A stretch of DNA of 64,000 nucleotides from Candidatus Eiseniibacteriota bacterium. Its GTDB lineage: Bacteria; Eisenbacteria; RBG-16-71-46. Each line of letters opens with the position of its first letter. Position 1 is the first letter of the stretch. The notes below the pieces were generated by a model. That model did not search any database. It was not told where the DNA came from and worked only from the letters and a program-made list of their open reading frames with translations. Positions 1 to 11,532 of the stretch are shown here, piece by piece. Where the stretch lies: NCBI GenBank assembly GCA_963717935.1, contig CAVQXP010000003.1, positions 56,819-120,818 on the forward strand. The letters run 5' to 3'. Both the position numbers and the translations under genes were made by a program.

Positions 1-1036
1 CAGCGGCAAGTCCACCGTGGTGGCCATGATCTTCGAGATCCTGCGCGGCGTTGGGCGCGACCCCTCGGTCATCACCGGCGGCGACCTGGTGATGCTCCAG
101 CGGCAGGGCCTGTGGGGGAACGCCTGGGCCGGGCGCTCGGACCTGCTCGTGGTGGAGGCCGACGAGAGCGACGGTTCGGTCGTGCGTTACGAACCCGCGG
201 TGGGCGTGGTCCTGAACCTGCAGCGCGACCACCGGGAGATGGACGAGGTGGCCGCGATGTTCCGCGCGTTCCGCGGGCGCGCCCGCGAAGCGTTCGTGGT
301 GGGGGAGGGCGCGAACCTCGCGGTGCTCGCGGTGGGCGCGGTCGTGTTCGGCGTGGGTCCGGCGGCCGGCGTGCGCGGTGTGGACGTGGCGCTCGATCCG
401 GGCAGTTCCGCTTTCACCGTCGAGGACGTGCGCTTCACGCTCCCCGTGCCCGGGCGCCACAACGTCGAGAACGCGCTGGCCGCGATCGCCGCCTGCCGCG
501 CGGTGGGCGTGCCGCTCGCGGGGATGGCGGCGCCGCTCGCGCGCTTCCAGGGCGTGGGCCGGCGCTTCCAGTCGCTGGGCACGGCGCGCGGCGTCGAGGT
601 CGTGGACGACTTCGCCCACAACCCGGCCAAGATCGCCGCGGCCCTCGCGACCGCCCAGGCACGGGCCGCATCTGGCGGCGGGCGCGTGCTCGCCGTCTAC
701 CAGCCGCACGGCTACGGCCCCACGCGCTTCCTGCGGCGCGATTTCGTCGAGACGTTCGCGGCCGCGCTGCGTCCCGCGGACCGGCTCTGGATGCTGGAGG
801 TGTTCTACGCCGGCGGGAGCGCCACGCGCGACTTCTCCGCCGCCGACATCGTGGGCGAGATCGCCGCGCGCGGCGTGGCGGCGGAGTTCGCGGAGTCGCG
901 CGCATGGCTGACCGAGCGCATCGCCGGGGAGGCGCGGGAGGGCGACCTCGTCATCGTGATGGGAGCGCGCGACCCGTCGCTCACGCAGTTGGCGCGCGAC
1001 ACGCTGGCGAGGCTGGGGGGCGGGTCGGGCGCCTGA
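1..1036 (+). CDS. Mur ligase family protein (MurC/Mpl-like), 5' truncated by window edge
   Basis: Frame 2 starts SGKSTVVAM (P-loop); VVEADESDGS, GRHNVENALAA, GVGRRF, DDFAHNP, YQPH motifs. Confidence 0.85.
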   Translation, partial: SGKSTVVAMIFEILRGVGRDPSVITGGDLVMLQRQGLWGNAWAGRSDLLVVEADESDGSVVRYEPAVGVVLNLQRDHREMDEVAAMFRAFRGRAREAFVVGEGANLAVLAVGAVVFGVGPAAGVRGVDVALDPGSSAFTVEDVRFTLPVPGRHNVENALAAIAACRAVGVPLAGMAAPLARFQGVGRRFQSLGTARGVEVVDDFAHNPAKIAAALATAQARAASGGGRVLAVYQPHGYGPTRFLRRDFVETFAAALRPADRLWMLEVFYAGGSATRDFSAADIVGEIAARGVAAEFAESRAWLTERIAGEAREGDLVIVMGARDPSLTQLARDTLARLGGGSGA

Positions 1037-1133
1037 CCGGGGCCCCGCGCCGAAGCCGGGACGTGGGTCCGGGCCGCGGCTTGTCGGGCAGATCAGGGCC
1101 TCTGGCCATGGACCCGCCGCTCGGAGCGGCGGG

Positions 1134-2882
1134 CTATTGCTGGTCGCGCACCAGAGACTCAAATGCGGCCAACCGCTCCGGATCCGCCACATTGTTGAAG
1201 TAGAAGCATCTGAACATCGCGTAGTCGCGGCGCACGATGGAATCCGGCAGGGAGCCCGCGCGGGCGATGTACCGGTCAAGGGCGGTGGGAACGTCGGCGA
1301 ATCGAGCGCCGCGACGGGCCAGCTCGGCCATCAGGGCGGGCTCCCAGCGGAGCACGCAGGCGACCTCGCCGTCGAGGTCGACCTCCAGGGGAGAGATGCT
1401 GTCCGCCAGGGCGAGCGCCGGCACGACGATCGGATCCAGCCCGAAATTGACCTTCCTCTCGTCGAGCAGGTAGGCGGCCGTGGGCCTCTTCTCGTGTCCT
1501 ATCCGCCCGCGCTCCGTCAGGGGTTGCCGGGCGATGGCCCGGTCGGTCAGGCCTGTCGAGCACTCGATCGCCACCGGCACCTTCGAGTAGTAGATCACCC
1601 GGGTGTCGGCCCCCATGAAGACGGCCCTCACCGGCAGCCCGCGCAGGTAGCGAGCCATGACTTCGCCTCTTCTGCGGAGCTCCCTGCACTTCTCCGGTGC
1701 GTAGTAGAGCCTCTCGTTCACGATCCCGTCGACCCAGCCTTCTCCGGAGAACGGATAGGGCGTGCACGCGACTCCCAGCAGCAAGCCTGCCGCGGCCGCG
1801 AACTTCGCGAACGTACCCTTCGGCACCAGACGCAGGACGGCAAGCTCGGTGAGGATGAGATAGAAGGGCGTCACGGGGATCAGCAGGCGGGCGAACATGA
1901 AGTCGCCGCCCACGCGAACGACGTAGAACGTGTAGGGGAGCGCCAGGGACAGGGCCAGCAGCGCCTCCGTCCTCCATCCCATCGCAGGTCCCGTGGGCTT
2001 GCCCCTTCGTGTCCGAGCCGGCAGGGCCGCGAGGACTGCTGCTGCCACGGTGCCCACTGCCAGCACCCAGTACTTGGAGAAGAAGAGCCGAGTGTAGGTC
2101 CAGCCCTGCGAGTACCAGGCCAGCGCAGCGGACTTGGCGTAGTAGGGATTGGGGAAGAAGTCACCGTAATACCAGAGTCTCCACGCGATGAGGGGGAGCG
2201 ACACTGCAAGGAACCCGGCGCCGAAGGCCACGGCCGGCCAGGGCCTGGCGCGTCCGGTCACGAGCACGAACAGGCCCACGGCGACCGCCAGGAGCACGCC
2301 GTCCGGCCGAGTCAGCGCAGCCACGCCGAAGATGAACCCACCCCATCCGAGCCGTGACGGTCTCGCGGTTCCGCCGGCGACGACGACGAAACCGAGTACG
2401 GCAAGGAACGTGAAGAGCGAGGTCTCCAGCCCGCTGGTGGCGTAGACGTTCCAGTCGGCGTGCACCGCGGCGAGCAGCGCCGCGAGCGGGACCACGATGG
2501 AGCTTCCCCCCGATGCCCGCGCACGCTGCAGGCTGCGCAGGCCCAGGAGCAGGATGCTGCCCGCGTAGAAGGCGATTCCCCACGCGACGGACCAGGCCTC
2601 CGGGTCGAATCCCAGCCGGATGCCCAGCGCGGCCCAGAGCGTCCACAGGAGGTTGCTGTAGCCCTCGACCCGTTCGCCGGCATTGAACACCAGGCCCAAC
2701 CCGTGGACGAGGTTCTCGGCGTACCGGAACGAGATGAACGCGTCGTCGCAGATCCACGCCACGTGCCGGGCCGCGATGATTCCCCAAACGACGGCAAGGG
2801 TGGCACCTGCAGTGACGGAAACATCGCGGGCAGTGGATGGCCGCATCGCGGCGAGCTTGAGCCAGATGCTCGTCCTGGCCAC
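1134..2882 (-). CDS. Polytopic GT-C-type membrane glycosyltransferase (arabinofuranosyltransferase-like)
   Basis: DDAFISFRYAENL..G..FN.GERVEGYSNLLW N-terminal motif, SGLET, RPDG, PNPYYAK, GGDFM; many TM segments; start uncertain. Confidence 0.7.
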   Translation of the reverse strand: MARTSIWLKLAAMRPSTARDVSVTAGATLAVVWGIIAARHVAWICDDAFISFRYAENLVHGLGLVFNAGERVEGYSNLLWTLWAALGIRLGFDPEAWSVAWGIAFYAGSILLLGLRSLQRARASGGSSIVVPLAALLAAVHADWNVYATSGLETSLFTFLAVLGFVVVAGGTARPSRLGWGGFIFGVAALTRPDGVLLAVAVGLFVLVTGRARPWPAVAFGAGFLAVSLPLIAWRLWYYGDFFPNPYYAKSAALAWYSQGWTYTRLFFSKYWVLAVGTVAAAVLAALPARTRRGKPTGPAMGWRTEALLALSLALPYTFYVVRVGGDFMFARLLIPVTPFYLILTELAVLRLVPKGTFAKFAAAAGLLLGVACTPYPFSGEGWVDGIVNERLYYAPEKCRELRRRGEVMARYLRGLPVRAVFMGADTRVIYYSKVPVAIECSTGLTDRAIARQPLTERGRIGHEKRPTAAYLLDERKVNFGLDPIVVPALALADSISPLEVDLDGEVACVLRWEPALMAELARRGARFADVPTALDRYIARAGSLPDSIVRRDYAMFRCFYFNNVADPERLAAFESLVRDQQ

Positions 2883-3202
2883 AGCGAAGCCCCCCCAGGG
2901 CTGAAGACGCGGGCAGGTGATGCCCCGGAGCCCGCCGGCTCCGGACTCTCGCTTGCGTCGAGCCCTCTGCTATCCTCAACAGATGGGGGAAGGGCGCGCG
3001 CCCGAAGTTTACCTGCATCGCGCCTGAGTGTCACGAGCTAATCCCTCCGGGGTGCCCTGGAGGTCGGACGGATCCAACCAGACCGTCCCGGCAAGGTCGA
3101 CGTGGCCGGGGCCGACGCGGCCGTTCTACCGCCGGGGACGTGCGTCGGCCCGCCGCCAGCTCACCGGGCCTGGCCTTCGGAATCCGTATGTGAAAGGCGT
3201 GC

Positions 3203-4933
3203 ATGAAGCGGGTCACGCAGGGGCGATCTTGGAGCGAAACGCTCTCGGGCATCACCGCCGACGCATCGTCCGGAACCCCCGCACAGCGCGACCGCGACTG
3301 GCCGCTGCGGCTGGCACTCGCCGTCTCGCTGGCGATGGCCGCTCACCTCCTGCTCAGCGCGCTCGGATTCAGTCCCACCGACGACGGCTTCATCCTCGCG
3401 CAGAGCCGTCGCATCCTGTCCGGGGAGGTCCCCCACCGCGACTTCATCTCGATCCGTCCGGTGGGCTCCGCCATCCTGCACGTTCCCGAGCTGCTGTGGG
3501 GCGGAAGCCACGCATTCCTGCTGTCCCGGTTCATCTACTGGCTCGAGGCCGCGCTCGGCTGCTGGTGCTGGCTCGAGATCGCGCGCATGCGCCTGCGGCT
3601 GAGCACGGGCGCGCTCGCCTCGCTGCCTCTTCTCGTGCTCGCGTTCATGCTCTCGACGCACGCCTTCCCACCCATGGCATGGCACACGGTGGACGGCGTG
3701 TTCCTGGCCTCGCTGGGCTTCCTGCTGGCACAGCGGCCGGGCGCTCGGGGTCGGGCGCTCGGCTATGCCCTGGTGGGCGCCTCGGCGCTCTGCAAGCAGA
3801 GCTTCCTGCCGCTGCTGCCCGCGGCGGTGATCCTGAACGGCGATGCGCGGCGCGCCGCCGCGTGGATCGCGGTCGCGCTTCCCGCGGCGGCATACGGACT
3901 CGTGCTGGTGGCGCTTGGCGCCGGGCACGACCTGCGACTCCAACTGCTGGCACTCACTGACGTCTGGGAGAGCGGCGTGAAGCCGTTCACGCACCAGCCG
4001 TGGGCCCTCGTGGGCATCATCCTCGGGGCGGCGAGCACGATGTGCCTTCGAGCGGGATCCGGGCGCTGGCCGATTCCCCCCGCACTCGTGCGCGCGCTTC
4101 CCTGGCTGGGCGCTCTCCTGATGTGGGGCGTGTTCGTCCATGCGGGGCGGCTCATGAACGCCGAGGGTTATGTGTTCATCGATCGCGCCGCGTACATCCT
4201 GTTCGGGGCCGGCCTCGGGCTGACGGTGACCACGATGCCCTTCCGCGACGCGCGGCCGCTCGCCGCGATCGCCGCGTTTGCGCTCGCGGTGGCCTGGAGC
4301 AGCTCGGTCTCGCTCGGCTATCGCACGCCGGCGCTGGCGTCGGGGCCGTTGGCGCTCGTCGCGGCGCTCGGCCTGCCGTGGCTGCTCGGCGGTCCCGTCC
4401 GCGCCGGTGCGACGCGCGCTGCGGGGCTGTTGGCAACGGTGGCGGTGCTGGTGATCGCGGGTCACTGGTGGTCGGCGCGACACGATCACATCTATCACGA
4501 GCAGACGGCACCGGCGCTCACGTTCCGGCTGGACGGCGTGCTGCCAGGCGGCGACGGGATCCGGACCAACCGCAACACGTACGCGGCGCTCGCCGACCTG
4601 CGCGAGGCCACGCGGCGCACGCATGGCAAACCCTACGCGATCCTCGTGGACGTGCCGGGGTGGTGGGCCTGCGCCGAGCAGCGGAATCCGCTTCCCACAG
4701 ACTGGCCGCAGTCCATCGAGCTGTGCACGCCGCCGCTGCAGCAGCGCTTCTCGGAGAGTCTGGTGCGCCAGCGGGGGCGCCTGGCCGTGCTCGTGCAGAA
4801 GGTCGAGCTTGCGAACGTGCAGGACGGCTTCGCGCCGGTTGCCCCGACGAACTTCTACTACTATGCGGGGACGCTCGCGCGGCAGTTGTACACGAGGACC
4901 AGCGAAACGCGCTACTGGACGATCTGCGAGTAG
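3203..4933 (+). CDS. Polytopic membrane protein, probable GT-C glycosyltransferase
   Basis: DDGFILAQSRRILSGEVPHRDF after first TM, KQS motif, many hydrophobic segments. Confidence 0.6.
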   Translation: MKRVTQGRSWSETLSGITADASSGTPAQRDRDWPLRLALAVSLAMAAHLLLSALGFSPTDDGFILAQSRRILSGEVPHRDFISIRPVGSAILHVPELLWGGSHAFLLSRFIYWLEAALGCWCWLEIARMRLRLSTGALASLPLLVLAFMLSTHAFPPMAWHTVDGVFLASLGFLLAQRPGARGRALGYALVGASALCKQSFLPLLPAAVILNGDARRAAAWIAVALPAAAYGLVLVALGAGHDLRLQLLALTDVWESGVKPFTHQPWALVGIILGAASTMCLRAGSGRWPIPPALVRALPWLGALLMWGVFVHAGRLMNAEGYVFIDRAAYILFGAGLGLTVTTMPFRDARPLAAIAAFALAVAWSSSVSLGYRTPALASGPLALVAALGLPWLLGGPVRAGATRAAGLLATVAVLVIAGHWWSARHDHIYHEQTAPALTFRLDGVLPGGDGIRTNRNTYAALADLREATRRTHGKPYAILVDVPGWWACAEQRNPLPTDWPQSIELCTPPLQQRFSESLVRQRGRLAVLVQKVELANVQDGFAPVAPTNFYYYAGTLARQLYTRTSETRYWTICE

Positions 4934-4997
4934 CGTGGCCGGCTGGCTGCGATCGATTCGCGCAGACTGGCGTCCCCGGCCGCGGCCCCCGCCCGTC

Positions 4998-6254
4998 TCA
5001 CCCGCCCGGGCGCGCCCCCGGGCCGAATCTCCGCTCGACGTACTCGTCGAGCATGCGCACGAAGTCCCCGGCGATCGCGTCGCCCTTGAGCGTGGCGGCG
5101 AGCTTGCCGTCCACGAAGACGGGCGCGCGCGGGTCCTCGCCCGTGCCGGGCAGCGAGATGCCGATGTCGGAGTGGCGGCTCTCGCCGGGGCCGTTCACCA
5201 CGCAGCCCATCACCGCCACGCGCAGCGTCTCGACCCCGGGGTAGGCCGCGCGCCAGCGGGGGATGCGCTCCTGGATGTGCGCGGTGACGCGGGCGGCCAG
5301 CTCCTGGAAGAACGTGCTGGTGGTGCGCCCACAGCCCGGGCAGGAGGTGACCTGCGGGGCGAAGCGGCGGATCCCGAGCGACTGGAGCACCTGCTGGCAG
5401 ATCCGCACCTCGTCGGCGCGGTCACCGCCCGGCGTGGGCGTGAGGCTGGTGCGGATGGTGTCGCCGATGCCCTCGGCGAGCAGGATCGAGAGCGCGGCGG
5501 CACTCGCCACGGTGCCCTTCATGCCGGGACCCGCCTCGGTCAGCCCGAGGTGCAGCGGGTAGTCGCAGGCGGTGCCGAGCGCGCGATAGACCGCGACCAG
5601 GTCGCCCACCTCGCTCACCTTGGCCGAGAGCACGATGCGGTCGTGCGGCAGGCCGCAGCGCTCGGCCAGCTCGGCCGAGCGGAGCGCGCTCTCGCGGATG
5701 GCCTCGAGCATGACCTCGTGGTCGGGGCGGGGCTCGGGGCGCCGCGCGTTCGCGTCCATCAGGCCCGTCAACAGCGCGCGGTCGAGCGAGCCCCAGTTCA
5801 CGCCGATCCGCAGCGGTTTGTCGTGCTCGACCGCCACCTCGATCATGCGGCGGAAGTTCTCGTCGTGCCTGCCGCCCACGCCCACGTTGCCGGGATTGAT
5901 CCGGTACTTGTCGAGCGCGCGGGCGCACTCCGGGTGCTCGGTCAGGAGCAGGTGCCCGTTGTAGTGGAAGTCGCCGACCAGGGGCACGCGCACGCCCCGC
6001 TCGTCGAGATGGCGGCGGATCCCGGGCACGGCGGCCGCGGCCTCGCGCGTGTTGACGGTGATGCGCACCAGCTCGGAGCCGGCCGCGGCGAGGTGCGCGA
6101 CCTGCCGGGCCGTGGCGTCAGCGTCAGCGGTGTCCGTGTTGGTCATGGACTGCACGACCACCGGGTGCGCCGAGCCCAGCGGCACGTCCCCCACGCGGCA
6201 GGTGACGGTCGGACGGCGGCCCGAGAGCGCGCCTTCGATGCGGACGAGAGGCAT
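4998..6254 (-). CDS. ispG: (E)-4-hydroxy-3-methylbut-2-enyl-diphosphate synthase
   Basis: [64 protein letters not shown] at 6254. Confidence 0.95.
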   Translation of the reverse strand: MPLVRIEGALSGRRPTVTCRVGDVPLGSAHPVVVQSMTNTDTADADATARQVAHLAAAGSELVRITVNTREAAAAVPGIRRHLDERGVRVPLVGDFHYNGHLLLTEHPECARALDKYRINPGNVGVGGRHDENFRRMIEVAVEHDKPLRIGVNWGSLDRALLTGLMDANARRPEPRPDHEVMLEAIRESALRSAELAERCGLPHDRIVLSAKVSEVGDLVAVYRALGTACDYPLHLGLTEAGPGMKGTVASAAALSILLAEGIGDTIRTSLTPTPGGDRADEVRICQQVLQSLGIRRFAPQVTSCPGCGRTTSTFFQELAARVTAHIQERIPRWRAAYPGVETLRVAVMGCVVNGPGESRHSDIGISLPGTGEDPRAPVFVDGKLAATLKGDAIAGDFVRMLDEYVERRFGPGARPGG

Positions 6255-6286
6255 GAAGCGAAGAGTAGGGAGGCGCCTGGAGGGCG

Positions 6287-7969
6287 TCAACCGCGCGCCA
6301 GCCTCCGGTACTTGATGCGGTGCGGCTGGTCGGCCTCGCGGCCGAGCCGCTCGTGGCGGACCTTCTCGTAGTCGGCGTAGTTGCCCTCGAAGAACACGAC
6401 CTGGCTGTCGCCCTCGAAGGCCAGCATGTGGGTGGCGATGCGGTCCAGGAACCAGCGGTCGTGGGAGATGACCACGACGCAGCCGGCGAACTCGATCAGC
6501 GCCTCCTCGAGCGCACGCAGCGTGTCCACGTCGAGGTCGTTGGTGGGCTCGTCCAGGAGCAGCACGTTGGCCCCGCTCTTGAGGATGCGCGCCAGGTGGA
6601 CGCGGTTGCGCTCGCCGCCCGAGAGGTCCTTCACGCGCTTCTGCTGGTCGGCGCCCTTGAAGTTGAACGAGGCCACGTAGGAGCGCGAGTTCATCGAGCG
6701 CTTGCCCAGCTCGATCATGTCCTTCCCGTCGGAGATGGCCTCCCAGACGTTCGCGTCGGGCGGCAGCGCGTCGCGGCTCTGGTCCACGTAGGCCAGGCTC
6801 ACGGTCTCGCCGATGCGCAGCGTGCCGGCGTCGGGCTTCTCCTGCCCGGTGATCATGCGGAAGAGCGTGGTCTTGCCGGCGCCGTTCGGGCCGATCACGC
6901 CGATGATGCCGGCGGGGGGGAGCTTGAACGACAGGTCCTCGATGAGCAGGTTGTCGCCGTAGCCCTTGCGCAGGTGCTCGGTCTCGATGACCACGGTGCC
7001 CAGGCGCGGCCCGGGCGGGATGTAGATCTCGATGTTCTCGAGCTTCTCGCGGCCGTCCTCGGCCAGCAGCTTCTCGTAGGCGGCGAGCCGCGCCTTGCCC
7101 TTGGCCTGCCGCGCGCGCGCGGCCATGTGCACCCACTCGAGCTCGCGCTGGAGCGTGCGCTGCCGTGCGCTCTCCTGCTTCTCCTCGACCGCGAGACGCT
7201 TGCGCTTCTGGTCGAGCCAGGAGGTGTAGTTGCCCTCCCAGGGGATGCCCGCGCCGCGGTCGAGCTCCAGGATCCAACCCGCCACGTTGTCGAGGAAGTA
7301 GCGGTCGTGGGTCACGGCGACGACCGTGCCGGCGTACTCCTTGAGGAAGCGCTCGAGCCAGGCGACCGACTCGGCGTCGAGGTGGTTCGTGGGCTCGTCC
7401 AGCAGCAGCAGGTCCGGCTCCTGCAGCAGCAGCCGGCACAGCGCCACGCGCCGCCGCTCGCCGCCCGAGAGCGTCGTCACGTCCTGCTCGGGCGGCGGGC
7501 AGCGCAACGCGTCCATGGCGATCTCGAGGTGGCGCTCCAGCTCCCACAGGTTGCCGGCATCCATCTTGTCCTGGACCTTGGCCTGCTCCTCGAGCAGCTT
7601 CGCCATCTCGTCGTCGTCCAACGGCTCGGCGAAGCGCGCGCTGATCTCGTTCCAGCGGCGCACGACGGCCATCTTCTCGGCCACGCCCTCCTGGACGTTC
7701 TCGAGCACGGTCTTCGCCGGGTCGAGGGTGGGCTCCTGCGTCAGGAAGCCGACCGTGTAGCCCTTGCCGAGGAAGGCCTCGCCGATGAAGTCGGGGTCCA
7801 CGCCCGCCATGATGCGCAGCAGCGAGCTCTTGCCCGCGCCGTTCAGGCCGAGCACGCCGATCTTGGCGCCGTCGAAGAACGAGAGCCAGATCCCCTTGAG
7901 GATCTCGCGCTTGGGGGGGACGACCTTGTGGAGGTCCTTCATGGTGTAGATGAAATCGGGCGACATCAT
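6287..7969 (-). CDS. ettA: Energy-dependent translational throttle ABC-F protein
   Basis: [43 protein letters not shown]; two ABC cassettes; C-terminal PHRIKYRRL. Confidence 0.95.
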   Translation of the reverse strand: MMSPDFIYTMKDLHKVVPPKREILKGIWLSFFDGAKIGVLGLNGAGKSSLLRIMAGVDPDFIGEAFLGKGYTVGFLTQEPTLDPAKTVLENVQEGVAEKMAVVRRWNEISARFAEPLDDDEMAKLLEEQAKVQDKMDAGNLWELERHLEIAMDALRCPPPEQDVTTLSGGERRRVALCRLLLQEPDLLLLDEPTNHLDAESVAWLERFLKEYAGTVVAVTHDRYFLDNVAGWILELDRGAGIPWEGNYTSWLDQKRKRLAVEEKQESARQRTLQRELEWVHMAARARQAKGKARLAAYEKLLAEDGREKLENIEIYIPPGPRLGTVVIETEHLRKGYGDNLLIEDLSFKLPPAGIIGVIGPNGAGKTTLFRMITGQEKPDAGTLRIGETVSLAYVDQSRDALPPDANVWEAISDGKDMIELGKRSMNSRSYVASFNFKGADQQKRVKDLSGGERNRVHLARILKSGANVLLLDEPTNDLDVDTLRALEEALIEFAGCVVVISHDRWFLDRIATHMLAFEGDSQVVFFEGNYADYEKVRHERLGREADQPHRIKYRRLARG

Positions 7970-8089
7970 GCCTCGCAAGGTGGAGGGACCCGGGAGATCC
8001 GTGGGAGAACGCGGCGGGACAGGATGCGGGATGGCGGTGGCGCGCGCAAGGCGGGTATGCTGCGAGCGCCAGGACCGCCAGGAGGTGCA

Positions 8090-9466
8090 ATGCGGGCGAC
8101 GCGAGCCATCCCCATCCTGTTCCTCGTCGTCACGGTCCTCTGCGCGGCGCTCGATGCCCCGGACCGCAGGGGAGTCGCGTGGGGGTTCGTGGGCTTCGCG
8201 CTGGCCGGCGCATTGATCCTCGTCCTCTGGCCCCGCGGCAGGCGGGCGCGCGGGGCGGAGGCCCCGCCCACGGCGCTCGACCTGCTCCGTGCGGGCCTCG
8301 TGCTCGGGTTCACCGGCTTCGGCGGAGGGCTCGCGGTGCTCACGCAGGTGGAGCACCGCCTGGTCGGCCGCGAGCGCTGGATCACGCCGGAGGTCTTCCT
8401 CGAGTCCACGGCCCTCGGGCAGAGCCTCCCCGGGGCGATCTCGACCAACACGCTCGGCTTCGTCGGCTGGCGCCTCGCCCGGCTGCGCGGCGCGCTCGCG
8501 CTCGAGGGCGGCTTCGTGCTGCCCTCGTTCCTCATGATGGTCGCCTTCAGCCTGCTCTACGCACAGCTGCGCCAGTTCGTCGTGGTCGCGGGGATCTTCC
8601 ACCTGCTCAACCCGGCCGTGGCGGGGATGGTCGGCGCGATGGCCATGAAGCTGGCCGCCGAGCTCGCGCGCGCGCCCGGGGGGGCGCCCGCCGGCCTGCG
8701 CGGCCTGCTGCGGGACCCCTGGGCGCTGCTTGTCGCGCTGGGGGCCGCGCTCGGGGTCGCCGTGCTGGGGCTCGGCGTTCCCGAGGTCGTGCTCGCGGCG
8801 GGGCTGCTCGGCGTGGTGCGCCACCTGGCGCGGAACTCGGGCGCGCTGGCCGCGCTGCTTCCCTGGTCGCTCGGAGGGCTCGGCCTGGCGGTCGCCACGC
8901 AGGGGCCGGTGCGCCTGGCCGTGCTGGGCGAGATGCACCGCCTGGGCGAGCTGGCGACCGTGTTCCTGCGCGCCGGGGCGCTCACCTTCGGTGGGGGCTA
9001 CGTCATCATCCCCGTGCTCGAGGCCGAGTTGGTGCAGGGGCGCCACTGGCTCACCGCGCAGGCGTTCGTGGACGCGATGGCGCTCGGCCAGGTCACGCCG
9101 GGGCCGGTCGTGATCACCGCGACCTTCGTGGGCTACACGCTGGCCGGCCTCGCCGGTGCGCTGGCCTCCACGGTCGCGGTCTTCCTGCCGGCCTTCGTGC
9201 TCGTGGTGCTCGTGAGCCTCTCGCTCGACCGCTTCCGCCGCTCGCCCGGGATCCAGGCGTTCCTGCGCGGTCTGCAGCCGGCCGTCGTGGGGCTCATGGC
9301 GGCGGCGACGGCGACCCTGGTGCGGCATGGCGTCCAGGATGTGCCCGGGGCCGTCGTGGCGGTGGCTGCGTTCCTGCTGCTCTGGAGGCTGCGCGTCAAT
9401 CCGATGTGGGTCGTGCTGGGCGCAGGCACGCTCGGCGCCGCCTGGGTGCTGCTGCCGGGCGTCTGA
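8090..9466 (+). CDS. chrA: Chromate efflux transporter (long-chain CHR family)
   Basis: Two homologous halves with GFGGG/TFGGGY and GQSLPG/GQVTPGP motifs; GGAGG RBS before ATG 8090. Confidence 0.88.
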   Translation: MRATRAIPILFLVVTVLCAALDAPDRRGVAWGFVGFALAGALILVLWPRGRRARGAEAPPTALDLLRAGLVLGFTGFGGGLAVLTQVEHRLVGRERWITPEVFLESTALGQSLPGAISTNTLGFVGWRLARLRGALALEGGFVLPSFLMMVAFSLLYAQLRQFVVVAGIFHLLNPAVAGMVGAMAMKLAAELARAPGGAPAGLRGLLRDPWALLVALGAALGVAVLGLGVPEVVLAAGLLGVVRHLARNSGALAALLPWSLGGLGLAVATQGPVRLAVLGEMHRLGELATVFLRAGALTFGGGYVIIPVLEAELVQGRHWLTAQAFVDAMALGQVTPGPVVITATFVGYTLAGLAGALASTVAVFLPAFVLVVLVSLSLDRFRRSPGIQAFLRGLQPAVVGLMAAATATLVRHGVQDVPGAVVAVAAFLLLWRLRVNPMWVVLGAGTLGAAWVLLPGV

Positions 9467-9472
9467 GCCCGG

Positions 9473-10588
9473 CTACGATCCGGGTTCGGGCGGGCCGGGC
9501 GGATCGCCCTGCGGTGGGCCGGGCGATGTTTCGTCCCCCGCATCCCCCGCATCCGCCGGCGACGCCGGTCCCGTCGGCGCCCCGCCTGCGCCCGTGCGCG
9601 TCGCGGCACTGCGCCCGCCGAGCTTCTTCGCCGTGGTCCGGATGCGCTCCTCGAGTTCGGTGATGGACTCCTCGGTCCGGCGCAGCTTCTCGGCGTTCTC
9701 CTGCGACCATCCGTGCACCTGCAGCGCGAAGTCCTCGGAGCGCGCGCTCCTCTCCATGCCCTCGAGCTTGGCCGCCTGCTGGAGCAGGTGCTCGCGCTGT
9801 CCCTTCTTCTGCTCGAGCGTCCCGCGCCAGCGCGCGACGTGGCCCTCCATGCGCGTGCGCCACTCGTCGCGGCTCTTCGAACGCTCCTGGCGCTGCTCGG
9901 TGATGCGCGCCTGCGCGGCCTGCCAGGCCTCCGAGAGGCGCTTGCGCAGATCCTCGAACTGGCCGCGCCGCAGGTAGGCCTGGCCGAGCCGGGCCTGCAG
10001 CTCCTTCACGCGCCGGATGGCTTCGTAGGGGGCTCCGCTGCGCGCGCACTCGTTCACCTCGGCGACCGGCGCAGCGAGGGCCTGGTAGTCCTGTTCCTGC
10101 TGACGGTCGCGCACGCGCTGCAACGCGTCGCGCGCGTGGCGCCAGTGGTCCCAGCACGCGCGGCGGTCGGGACCAACGAGGACCCGGCCGGGAGAGCCCG
10201 GCCGCTTGCTCCCCAGCAACGTGCGGACCTCGTTCAGCAGGGCCTCCGCCCTGCGGTAGCCGGCGGTGCCCTGCGTGCCCTGGGCCAGTCCCTCGGCGTC
10301 CCGGAGCTTTCCTTCGATGGTCTCGCGGGCCTCGAGGGACTCGTAGCGGCGCGACTCCCACTCGTCATGCCGGGCCTGGCGCGCCTCGGGCGCATCGGGC
10401 GGGGCGGCCGGCCCGGCGGCCGGCGGCGCGCCCGCCCTGGCCTCTTCGTCCAGCGCCGGGTCGGGCGGCGCGCTCGCGCCGGTCGTCTCTTCGGCCGGCG
10501 CCGGAGCGTCGAACCCCGGAGCGGCCTCGCGGCTCGGTGTGTCGGACACCGAAGACGGGTCCGATGGCAGAGGGCCTGACTCGTCCAT
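9473..10588 (-). CDS. Hypothetical coiled-coil protein with Pro/Ala-rich termini
   Basis: 371-aa ORF with GC3-biased codons and a charged helical core with W-containing repeats. Confidence 0.6.
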   Translation of the reverse strand: MDESGPLPSDPSSVSDTPSREAAPGFDAPAPAEETTGASAPPDPALDEEARAGAPPAAGPAAPPDAPEARQARHDEWESRRYESLEARETIEGKLRDAEGLAQGTQGTAGYRRAEALLNEVRTLLGSKRPGSPGRVLVGPDRRACWDHWRHARDALQRVRDRQQEQDYQALAAPVAEVNECARSGAPYEAIRRVKELQARLGQAYLRRGQFEDLRKRLSEAWQAAQARITEQRQERSKSRDEWRTRMEGHVARWRGTLEQKKGQREHLLQQAAKLEGMERSARSEDFALQVHGWSQENAEKLRRTEESITELEERIRTTAKKLGGRSAATRTGAGGAPTGPASPADAGDAGDETSPGPPQGDPPGPPEPGS

Positions 10589-10706
10589 GGCCAGAGTCTA
10601 GCGCAGCCGGCGCGCTCGCACCGAGCGCCCCCGGAGGGTGGCAGACCCCCCGAAACGAGAGGCGGCACGGGGTGCCGCCTCGGTGAAGCCCGCTGGCTGC
10701 GTGTGC

Positions 10707-11018
10707 CTACCGGACGGGGGCCGCCGGGTGGAAACCGCGCCGGGTGAACCACCAGATGGCCGCGACCAGCAGTGCGATCGGGAGCGCGGGAAGGAGCGCC
10801 ATGAACAGGAGCGGGATCCCCACGAGCGCCGCGACCACGATCCCCCCGATGAGCAGGACGGGCAGGAAGAGCAGTGCGCCGAGGGCCTTGAACGCGAAGC
10901 CCAGCAGCCGGAACGGCAGCAGCACGACCCAGAACACCAGCGCGGCGACGCCGAGAAGCGCACTGACAACGGCGAAGATCACGAATGCCGCAAACCCCAG
11001 CGCCAGCAACTCGAACAC
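10707..11018 (-). CDS. Small hydrophobic membrane protein
   Basis: GTG start after GGAAG; MFELLALGFAAFVIFAVV..., about three TM segments. Confidence 0.65.
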   Translation of the reverse strand: MFELLALGFAAFVIFAVVSALLGVAALVFWVVLLPFRLLGFAFKALGALLFLPVLLIGGIVVAALVGIPLLFMALLPALPIALLVAAIWWFTRRGFHPAAPVR

Positions 11019-11279
11019 CTTCCTGCCCTCCGCTTGAGTCCCGGGGATCGGCCCGGCTGCCTCCCGGTCATCCGCCTTCTGCGGGTCCGGGCCCTGGCAG
11101 GCCGGGTGCTCGCCTCCGGGGCGCCCCTTCGTGAACACTACTACGGAGCGGGGCCACGCCGGGTTGCACGTTGCCCTGCCGCTGCTAAAGTGACTGCATC
11201 CCAAGCGGGTACGCTCGCCGGGCCGGGCGGATGCGTCCCGGGCCGCGAGGAGACCGGCACGAAGACCTGGAGGTTGGGG

Positions 11280-11519
11280 ATGGCAGCCACCCGTATCACC
11301 GTGAAGAACGATGGCTCCCTGCGAGTCGAGGGCGACTTCGAGATCGTGGACCCGGAAGGCCGCCTTTTCGGCCTCGCGGGCCGCCCTCACGTGAGCCTGT
11401 GCCGCTGCGGCCAGTCGCTGAAGAAGCCGTTCTGCGACGGGGCGCACAAGGCCTCCGGGTTCCGCTCGCAGGTCGTCGCCATCGACCTCGAACCGCCTGC
11501 CCCGAAACCCGGATCGTGA
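11280..11519 (+). CDS. CDGSH iron-sulfur domain protein
   Basis: SLCRCGQSLKKPFCDGAH motif; GGAGG RBS. Confidence 0.92.
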   Translation: MAATRITVKNDGSLRVEGDFEIVDPEGRLFGLAGRPHVSLCRCGQSLKKPFCDGAHKASGFRSQVVAIDLEPPAPKPGS

Positions 11520-11532
11520 CACGGAGGCCCCG

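Noticed and set aside
4998..9466. Apparent >1000-aa fusions containing IspG, EttA or ChrA
   Set aside because: The N-terminal extensions are alternative frames of neighbouring genes; the real starts are 6254, 7969 and 8090
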